A stretch of DNA of 64,000 bases from Phoronis australis (lineage: Eukaryota; Animalia; Phoronida), in the NCBI GenBank assembly GCA_002633005.1, contig NMRA01000594.1, forward strand, positions 186,268 through 250,267. The letters run 5' to 3'. The position numbers were made by a program, and so were the translations under genes. Positions 53,901 to 64,000 of the stretch are shown piece by piece. A model generated the notes under the pieces. The model had not been told where the DNA came from. It searched no databases and saw only the letters and a program-made list of their open reading frames with translations. Numbering within the stretch: position 1 is the first letter of the stretch; every line of letters starts with the position of its first letter.

Positions 53901-56900
53901 AAATGACCAAACTTTTGACTCAATGCATGTATTAAACTAGCCCATTGCTACCTAACCACACTGGTTTCATATTCACAAATGCTATATCCTTTGCTCGCTT
54001 TCTTATCAGAATTACCAAAATTAGCCAAAATCAGCATGGTGAAACTTTGAAACAATTCTCAATTTCCGAAAAGCTAATACTTATATACTAAAATGGCTAT
54101 CTTAAATACCAAACCTATTCCTGTTTCTAAAGTTAAGATAAATTCATCAAACATTTTAAGCATTCCTGACTTGTAAGATGTCTCAATGTTCTTGCAAAGT
54201 TGGCAGCTTTTTACTGAAATTAGCGTCGAAAAAGCCATTTTTGCAATATCATCGTAAAAATGGAAACGAGGCTTGTGTCAGAAAAAGCGAAGGTGTGTAT
54301 TTCGGGAAAGCCTAAACTCTCACAAAGTTTCAAGAAAATTGTGATCGTCAACGTAAAGCCATCCGTAAGTGGTCCAATCTTTTTTCTTAGAAAAAGTCGT
54401 TCTAGAATTTTTATTCATTTCAGTGTCCAAAATCAAGCATTCTTAATGCTTACGTAGGTTTTACAAACATTGAATGTAGCAATATGTATGTGTGTCTATT
54501 AAGCAGTATTTTAAATTGATTTTTTAATTTATTATTATTCGGTGAATAGTACGACTTTTTATTTACTGTTGAATTGTTTTTATTTATTTCGCATTATTGT
54601 TCCTACACTTTCCTTTAGTTCTGGCTCAGCATTAATCCTGTTATTCCACACTGTCTATAAAAACAACGCATTCTTTTGGGGGTTTTCATATCCATTTATG
54701 TTGTTCATAGATGTATCAAGGGAGTACGTTTTGACAAATCACCCAAGACAAACACAAAGGAAATCAAATTTTTCACCAGTAAGCGAATTTGGCATAGATT
54801 CTTCCTAAATTGAACTCGAAGATTCATCGATGCTATGATAGATATTAAGCCAGGCGAATATTGATCATGAAGAAAAGGTGCGCTACAGGAGTCGGAATCA
54901 ACTAAAAATCATCAGCGGTACGAACACGTTTTCCATTTAGACTTGTTAGGCCGGTACAAAGGCGGACCATGGACGTCCAAAATTAATCCCAACCATGTTC
55001 TTTTCAGTGGTGAACACATCTGCTAGTTTTATAAAGATTCTTTCATGGTACGCCAAAACCAATAAGAAGGGTACACAAAATTCGTAGTCGCTTCAAACGG
55101 TATGGATAATTTACGCTCACCTAATGAACATAGGTACAGTAGATTACACCCTTAACATCGAAAAGTCATGTATATTATGAAGGGTGTGCTCAACATATAT
55201 GAACGTTAACTACTTCTGCCAGCTCTCGCCACTGCTTGTAAAGCAATTAGGTGGGAAGGGATCAGGACTTTTTGAAGAACAGTTTCGAATTGGTTTCTAG
55301 AAATTCCATGTATGTAATCTAAGAAGGCCTGAAGAGTATGTGGGAATGTAAATGGATTTCTCAGAATTCGTACGAGCTAATACGCAACTTTCCACAGATA
55401 TGTGATTGTGTTAAGAGCATCCAAAATCATAGAAGTCGAAAGTGTGAGGTATGGCTGTGGATGATTTTTTATGTATAAATTATATAAGTCGTGCTTCGTC
55501 AATTAAATTAGCTTGCTTACATAATGAATTTTATGACGGGCATGTCAGCTGGATACAAAAATGCAATTGCCAAGTTAGCTCAATAAGCTATCATGACCTT
55601 TGAGCAGGTATCTCGCGCTTTTGCTTTGTAAAGTGAGGCTCATTTAGAGTTCACGTCCACTAGTGGTGGACGCGGGATAGAAAACTGAAAGGCTTCATCT
55701 TCTCGCTAGTTCATGTAGACATATTATTACGAAAATTCTCGAAAATACAAAGAAACTAAAACATGTGTCAATAGGGTGTACAACGGTAATCGGTAAAAAA
55801 AAATCCCTGGGGCATTGTCATGCATTATAGAAACATCTTTGTAAATGTACACGTACATCCAGGATTGCATAAACTGTAGCAAACGTCAGACGGACGAACC
55901 GACGGCGATGACAGCATAATGCGTTGACATACACATGTACATGTATGTTTATATGGAGGGATAGTTATGCTCGCCTTGTAACCAGCTCTGCTTTGTACAG
56001 TGCTTTAAACCCGTGACAGTCAGAGGTAGCTGTAATGTGCAGGGGTGCCGGAACAATAAATGTTTTCCATCGCATCATGGATAAAACTCGTAAATTTCGT
56101 CGAGAGTTTTTAGCCACTGCAACATTTGCAAAGACACCATAATTTGTCACAAGACAATTAGAATTTTAGTATACATGCACATTGATGTAAGGCGCGCAAG
56201 TTCATTGTCGCAATCGGAAATCCGGCAAATAGCATGCTCCGATTTAAAACAAACGATATCAGAACACAAGTCGGACGCGCCTACATGTAAATGAAAAATT
56301 GCATCGTTCGGTGTATTTCTCATTTCTATTTTCACCAGAAAGTTTCGTCTTGCAGGACTGGGCGTTTTTTTCTTAGATACAGCGCTAAACACCAGCTAAA
56401 CGTACGCTAGACTCGAAAAGCAAACGAGTTAGGGTAGCATCATCATTAAGACACGGAAAGCATTAGACTGGCGTATCTATTGGTGACTTTGTTTTTCTTA
56501 TAATGCAGAAAATGGCAAACATTTATCGCATTGCGACCTGACTTGCTATGACCAACAAAATGCAGCATAGGAAAACAACCTATAGGTGGAGAATAGGTTC
56601 GTAATATAGGTGATAACCCCAAAACGCGCTTGCGCCGGTCGCATGGATGTCACAAGTTAAGCATATCTTACGAACTCAATACGACGTCATTTGGTATGGG
56701 TAGCTAGGGATATCAATTCTCATCGGCCTTATAGAATAGTCCAGTAATCAACCATTGGATGCTTTAGGGGCATGAGAGTTGCGTCTGTCAGAATATAGCG
56801 TTCACATATAGATAATTCGTATTAACAAAACAACGCAAGTACTTAGACAGTTTCAGCTACTCACAGCAGCCATCTGCGAAAGCTATTGGACAATAGGTGG

Positions 56901-57084
56901 TGTGGTGATGACACGGTTCCAAGTTTTTTATAATTTACCCCCATAGTCCATGGTCACATCTGAGCCACTTGGTTGTGTTAATAACAATTAATCTATGTGT
57001 ACTCTACCAACTTTGAACTGGCTGAACTTCGGGAGCAAGCTTTCGGTCATACAAAATTAGTTCAACGCACACCATTTTTCATTG

Positions 57085-60000
57085 TTACTCTGCTCGTGTA
57101 AGCGCAGAGTACTGTTGTTCCTGGGTTTTCTTCAGTTTTATTCTTCTTATTCTTCTTATTACTGTTCTACGTATTTTATCTTCTAATTCTTCTTATTAAT
57201 CTGTGCGGTCAAGCGCAGAGTTATACTGTTCTACGAATTTTATCTTCTTGTGCTTCTATTACTCTGCGCGTTCAATCGCAGAGTATTTACTGTTTTACGT
57301 ATTTTATCTTCTTATTCTTCTTAATACTCTGAGCGTGCAAGCGCAGAGTACAGTTGTTCCTGGGTTTTCTTCAATTTTATTCTTCTTATTCTTCTTATTT
57401 TTATTCTTCTTCTTCTTCCGACCAGATTTAAGACTTAATAACTCCAAATTGAGTGAAGGTACGGTCTTTAAATTCAGCATATGATTTTTGACAATATATA
57501 AATTTTGATTCGTGAAAAATGATCTTCCATATTGTACCAGAAGGGGTCGTTTGGTGCAAAGGTCATCTCATTTTCAAAATACAACTCCTATTCTTTTCAA
57601 ATTTGGTACAAAGGTATAAGTCAATAAGGCAATTTAAACAATTACTTTTCTAAGTAATCGGGTCATCCAATCAGGTAAAACAGGTCAAATGTCATTAGGT
57701 GCAAACTAAGATTTTGAGCTAGACACTTCAAATTCACAGGTCTGATTGGCATAGATAATTCAATTCGGAATCCAACATTTCAGGTCATTTAGTGCAAACC
57801 TGGGGTCACTAGGTGCATTTTTCTTCTGAAACTTTGGCCTTTTCATTCTCCAAGTATACTGATGTGTCAACCGTTAGACAACTGTGATTCTGAGTATTAA
57901 ACACATTTTTCATGTGCTTTGCAATAATTCTCCTTAAGACGCTTATAATGTACCGAATAGGGTCAATTAGTGCAAAAGCCATCTAACGTTAAAATGTGTA
58001 ATTTCGCCTACAATTTCAAAGAATTACTTTTCATATTGGTAAATGGGTTGCTGTCAGTAACTTTCCATAATAATTCCAGTAATACGCACGTGCAGAGTCC
58101 GTTATTGTCACGCCGTGACAATAATCTTTCTAGTTCTTCTGATTCTTCTTCTTCTGACCAAATTTGTTACCTAATAACTCCAATCTGGGTGCAGGTACGT
58201 TTTTTAAATTCAGCATATCATTTTTGACAGTACATAAATTTTGATTTGTTACACCATCATATTCCATAATGCACCGGAAGAGGTCATTTGGTGCAAAGGT
58301 CATATATTTTTCAAAATGCTACTACTTCCTTCTTTTAAAAGCTATTGTTTTTAAATTCGGTAAACAGGTATAAATTAATAAGGCAATTTAAAAAATTACT
58401 TTTCTAAGTAATCTGGTCGTCCAATCAGGTTAAATAGGTCAAAGGTCATTAGGTGCAAACTAAAATTTTGAGCTAGGCACTTTTTAATACACAGGTCTGA
58501 TTGGCACAGGAAATTCAATTCGGAATCCAAAGTTTCAGGTCATTTGGTGCACACATGGGGTCATTAGATGCATTTTACTACTAAAACTTGACCCTTTCAA
58601 TCAGCAAGTATTCTGATGTGTCAACCGTTAGACAACTATGATTCTCAGCATTAAACACATTTTTCATGGTCTTTGCAATAATTCTTTTAAAGACGCTTAT
58701 AATGCACCGGATAGGGTAAATTAGTGCAAAGATCATGTAACGTTCAAAATTTTATATCTTACATTTTTCAAGGAATTCTTTTCAATTTCAGCACACTTGT
58801 GTAAGTCAACATTCCAATTGAATACCATACTTTTGAGCTAGAGACTTCAAAATCACATATCTGTTTACTAAGTGAGATTGAGTTTGAATTCTAAATTTGC
58901 AGGTCATTTGGGGTACCCAGGGGGTCATCGGGAGCATTTTCTTCCGAAAATTTGACCATTTCATTCATCTTGTATTCTGAAGTGCTTAAAGCAAAATAAC
59001 TGTGATTCTTGTCATTAACCACACTTTAATTCGAGTTTAAAATTATTCCCTCGTTGGTGTTCATGATGCAGCGGAAGAGGTCAATAAGTGGAAAGGTCAT
59101 CAAAATATTAACATTTATTATTAATTTTACTTTTCATATTGGTAAACGGTTTGCTCTCAGTAACTTCCCATAACAATTCCCGTAATATGCAGGTGCAGTG
59201 TCCATTATTGTGACGCAATGACAATAATCTTTCTAGGCTTATTCTTATTCTTATTGTTCTTCCGACCAACTTTGAGGCCTAATAACTCCAAATTGGGTGC
59301 AGCTATGTTCTTTAAATTCAGCATGTCAATTCCATATTGCTCTGGAAGAGGTCATTTGGTGCAAAGGTCAAATAATTTTCAAAATGCTACTTCTTCAATT
59401 TTTATAAGCTATTCTTTTCAAATTCGGTACACAGGTATAAAACAATATAGCAATTTAAAAAATAACTTTTCTAAGCAATCGGGTCATCCAATCAGCTTAA
59501 ACGGGTCAAAGGTAATCAGGTGCAAACTCAGATTTTGAGCTAGACACTTCAAATTCACAGGTCTAATTGGCACAGCTAATTCAATTCGGAATCCAAAGAT
59601 TCAGGTCATTTAGTGCAAACATGGGGTCAGTAGGTGCATTTTTCTTCTGAAAATTTGAGCCTTTCATTCACTAAGTATTCTGATGTGTCAACTGTTAGAC
59701 AATTGCGACTCTCAGCATTAAACACATTCTTCATGGGCTTTGCAATAATTCTCCTCAATACTCTTATAATGCACCGGATAGGGTCAATTAGTGCAAAGGC
59801 CATCTAACGTTCAAAATGTAATATATCACGTTTTTCAGGGAATGTTTTTCAATTTCAGCACACTGGGGTAAGTCAACATGCCAATTGAACACCCAACTTT
59901 ACTACACAATAGGCCTAACCAATCAGAAAAAAATAGGTCAAATGTCATTGAGTGCAAATTAAAATCTTGATCTATGCACTTCAAATTCACAAGTCTGATC

Positions 60001-60806
60001 GGTACGTCTAATTCAATTTGAAATTTGAAGTTTCAGGTCATTAAATACAACTATGGGATCATTAGGTGCATTTTTCTTCAGACAAGTTGTCCTTTTCATT
60101 CACCAACTATTTTGATATGTCAACCGTTAGACAACTGTTATTCTCAGCATTAAATATACTTTTCATGGACTTTTAAACGGGCTTGTAATGTACTGGATAG
60201 GGTCAATTAGTGCAAAGGTCGTCTAATGTTTCAAATGTATATCTCTAAAATTATTCAAGGAATTGTTTTCAATTTCAGCACACTGGTGTAAGTCTAAATG
60301 CAAATTGAACACCCTACGTAACTACGCAACAGGCCTAACCAATCAGAAAAAATAGTTCAAAGGTCATTGAGTGCAAATTAACATTTTGAACTAGAGACTT
60401 CAATATTACACATCTGTTTGGTAAATGCTATTGAGTTTGATTTCTAAACTTTTAGGGCATTTGGTGCATTCTTGGGGTCATTAAGTGCACTTTTCTTCTG
60501 AAAGTTTGACCAATTGATCCATCATGTATTCTGAAGTACATAAAGTAAAACATCTGTGATCCTTAGCATTAACCACAGTTTTAATCGAGTTTACATTCAT
60601 TCCCTCATCGGGGCTCATAATGCATGGGAAGAAGTCAATTAGTGGAAAGGTCATCAAAATATTAACTTGTAATTTCTCCTACAATTTTAAAGAATTCATT
60701 TTGGTATTGGTAAACGGGTTGCTGTCAGTAATTTCCCATAACCGTTTTAATAATACGCACGCGCAGAGTCCATTATTGTCACGCCATGACAATAATCTTT
60801 CTAGTT
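57085..60806 (+). mobile_element. Cluster 3 of Helentron/HINE-like elements (opposite orientation)
   Basis: About five stacked 5' termini at 57085-57380 (standard and variant types, one partial), (TTCTTA)n, reverse-complement monomers, and 3' hairpin+CTAG termini at ~58135, ~59236 and ~60806. Confidence 0.82.
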
Positions 60807-61027
60807 TTTACAGTTTTTGTTCCGTTACCTTCATACCTTCGGAACAAAACTCTACTCTCAACTGAACATAGATAAAGTAACTGACATACTTGTTTCATTC
60901 TTGAGTGAAGATAAAATGACGCAGTAACGCCACCACTGAGCATAAGCTGATGACACACACAGTGGGACACGGGGGGGGGGTGGAAAATACTGCAAAGAAT
61001 GACTACTGAAGGGGGGTAACAGGAAAG

Positions 61028-61760
61028 TCACGCAATTAAGTGCAACGTACGGCGCGACCCTGTTTGATGCTCAATCAAAACAGGCTTCTCAAAAGCAATT
61101 AAAAGGGACTCTAGTACTCTCAATTGCAGCACATCGTGCTCCACGTAGCGAATTGATGTGTTTTCCACAATTCCGTGACGGTGATTGTACGTTCGTGGCA
61201 TTACAGAAAATGATCTTGGATGGCGCCATTTTGAAGATACATAGATAACAGACGGGAAAGACTGCAAACCGTGCGATCAATGTAACATTGTTTGACGTTT
61301 GAACGAAGACATTCATTAATAGGGCATACAAACTCAAAAACAACACTGCACCGTGCAACGGGGCGGACTTTCGCTTTAGAAATATTATTTGTCATGTCCA
61401 AATTGGAGGAGTTCCTATTCCGTTAATAAATAATAACGTCATCAGGCTTACAAACTTTAACATTATCCTAATAATTTTCTTAATGGCATGTTCGTCCTGG
61501 AGGTAATTATTAGACTTGACATTTTTGTAAAATATATTTTTGGTTACACCGGTCCGACGTGCAGGGATTACATAGCTATCTCTGGACACGAATAGCTTAA
61601 CATGGAAGGCTACTTTATCTATGTTCAGTCGAGAGTAAAATTTTTTCGAAGGTATGGACGTAACGGAATAAAGACTGTCAACAATGAAAAGTGTCGTGCG
61701 TTTAACCAATTGTACTAACCTTATGAAATTATTTAGAGACGAATATAGCGTTCCTAACAC
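61028..61760 (-). mobile_element. Penelope-like element 3' fragment (GIY-YIG endonuclease)
   Basis: IFYKNV...YLQDEHAIKKII, SVVFEFVCP..C...CYIDRT..LSR.L..YLQNGAIQDH, LRVLESLLI...KP....Q...RTLHL. Confidence 0.7.
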
Positions 61761-62740
61761 ATTTCCTTGTCAGAAACTTGCAGGGCAAAAATTCCGTATT
61801 TAAGACAATGTCCGAAGTTCCTGGACAATTAAATAAACAGTTTTGGGACTTGTACGCATTTTTAGACAATTAAAACTCATTTTTGTAATTTCATTTTTTT
61901 TCCAATATGGCAGGCCGTCCAAATATGGCGCAAATTCATCGTAATAATTAAACCAAATCAAGTACTTACAAAATGTTGTTATTTTGCTTAGTGTAATATT
62001 ACCTTCACGTTTACGTTCTTTAGGTTTAATCTGAAACGAAAATTGGTATTCAAGTTAAGTACATAATCAACTATAATTTCGAGTTTTGGACATTGCAAGC
62101 TGAAAAAATTGGAACTCAACGACCTCAACCCAGCAATAGACGAATGGTGTCTTTTCATACGAATGCTATGGACATGAGTGCCAGAATATGACACAAATGG
62201 TAAAACACAAAACTGAAATAGAAGAAGAATTTAGAATGACAAAAATGTAGGCTTGACAAGTTTCCATGAGCTTAATGCTCGCAGTTCATTGCAATCGTAC
62301 CAAAGGTTACCATACATGTATATGCATCTTACTGGAATCGAAAACTAGCTTAACTGTGAGGTGACAAACATCGTCCAGCGAAGCTATAATCTTCCTTAAT
62401 TTTATCATACATGTATAATAAATCAGATGAGATTGCTTCAAGGCGAACTACAATTACTTATGTTATCCCTCACCGATTTATTGTACACTTTCTAGACATA
62501 TGACCAGTTGATAAACCTTTTATTTAAAGTCACGGACTGGCATAATTATGGATTTGGCTCAAAATTCGAAACTTGGATTATGAGGGATTTGAGCATGTGT
62601 CTCAGAATTTGCAAGCCAATTATTAGGTCAAGTGCGACGTAAGTCAGATTTATACCAAAATATCAGCCTCGAATGGCAAATACAACCGTGTAATAACCCA
62701 TTTAGCTATCTCACTAGTGAGATATTATTTTGGCGTGAAA

Positions 62741-62811
62741 CCGAGGCCGGTTTCGAACCCGGCCGTCAAGAGTTTCGGGTCACCGACTTTAGCACTACAC
62801 CACTTAGCGGC
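62741..62811 (-). other. tRNA-derived SINE head or tRNA pseudogene
   Basis: Minus strand GCCGCTAAGTGGTGTAGTGCTAAAG...GCCGGGTTCGAAACCGGCCTCGG. A-box and B-box have tRNA spacing and there is a T-arm stem, but the acceptor and anticodon stems are poor. Confidence 0.55.
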
Positions 62812-63630
62812 TGACGTCATTGAGCGTGAAAATAGAATGTGTAAATGACCACGCGCAATAATTCCATGTTCAACAAAGGACTTTGTTCTGCCATTTATAC
62901 TCTGTGAAAAGTCAGACGCTTAATTTCCATAAAAACGATATCTTTTTTTTTTTATTGAGATATTTATTAACTCAACCAACCAGTACATAGTTGTGCGACA
63001 ATATGACATCTAGTTTAGTGTACATCAGACAAATTACGAACATTATCGATATCTTAATTCAGTGAAAGTTTTTCCTCCTATTCGCGCTTGTAAATCACCG
63101 ATCTCCAATTTGAATGCGGACGTGCGTTCAATAGACGCCTACGCTAGGACCTAGCTAAAATCTAGTCAAGGTCACGTGTTCTCATTTAAAATACACGGCA
63201 ATATCTCACGTAATCTCGCGAAATCTTGCTTTTTAACCAGGTCCTTGCGTTACCGAACGGGCGGCAGGTATTGTGTCGACGGGATTCTTTGACTTGAGAA
63301 TTATAATCAGTTACCACTGGTAACCTACTTTAGCAGACGATAGTTTCCTGGTCAAACCCTAGCGTCATAAAATATGTTTTAAGGTATACTGGTTGGCAAA
63401 CCTTGATTTATCAATTCACTTCATTTCTATTTTGATTAAATTTTCAATTGTTTCTAGTAAAAGTATTATTTGACAGGAATGGCTCGGCTTTTCTTAAAAG
63501 GTCACGACCCACAACCCCGGGCCTCTGACATAGAAAGTGGTTACAAAGCCGAGGCGAGTCGAGAAAGGTAAATGTAGATATCTTCATAGCAATGTTTCTC
63601 GTTTAGTATGACTTTTGTGGTATAAATAAA

Positions 63631-63955
63631 TTATTACATGTTTTCAGCCGTTTAACGCCCCTCGGGCGATAATTCTCTAAAACCCACTCGGGTTCTAGGT
63701 AGCAGGGGATAACGACTTCGCCATGTAATAATCTACATTTATTACTGTAATAAGTTTTTAGCGAATGAGAAGAGACGGATTTTAACTGCAATATATAGAT
63801 TATTACATGGCGAAGTCGTTATCCACCGTTATCTAGAGCCCGAGTGGATTTTGGAGAAATCGCCCGATGGGCGTTAGCCCCGAGGATGATAATTCTGCAA
63901 AATCCACGAGAGCTCTAGATAAGGGGGATATTGGCTGAGAACATGTAATAATCTA
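63631..63955. repeat. Two inverted copies of a self-palindromic unit (transposon-end-like)
   Basis: 63796-63955 is bounded by TAGATTATTACATG...CATGTAATAATCTA. 63631-63735 is an inverted, internally deleted copy, 60 bp away. Confidence 0.7.
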
Positions 63956-64000
63956 TTCATACCGCAAACTAAACGAGAAACATTGCAATGAATCGATTTA

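Noticed and set aside
62741-62811. Functional tRNA gene
   Set aside because: Acceptor and anticodon stems do not pair properly; kept only as a tRNA-derived sequence.

Overview
AT-rich, repeat-dominated eukaryotic (probably invertebrate animal) DNA with one assembly gap (N, 2126-2885). The only host gene I can support is a caspase on the minus strand, mostly missed by the ORF track. It has four phase-compatible GT-AG exons (47454-47356, 30628-30432, 22175-22088, 15420-15238) encoding the p20 subunit (IINN..F..R.G, SHG, QACRG), the linker and the start of p10. Its 6.7-16.7 kb introns are filled with transposons. About a third of the window is a non-autonomous Helentron/HINE (DINE-1-like) family with 12-bp subterminal inverted repeats, a 3' hairpin+CTAG, a (TTCTTA)n microsatellite and 0-4 ordered ~433-bp internal monomers. 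It forms three clusters whose layout suggests copies inserted into each other's microsatellite, leaving stacks of 5' termini. Also present: a decayed Gmr1-like gypsy element (PR-INT-RT-RH) with a sibling solo LTR nested in its 3' LTR, a near-full-length decayed L1/Tx1 LINE, a CR1/L2 fragment, three Penelope-like relics (one with a degenerate hammerhead), several MITEs including a 44-bp element with a perfect 9-bp TSD, and a tRNA-like SINE head. All calls were made by eye, without database searches.
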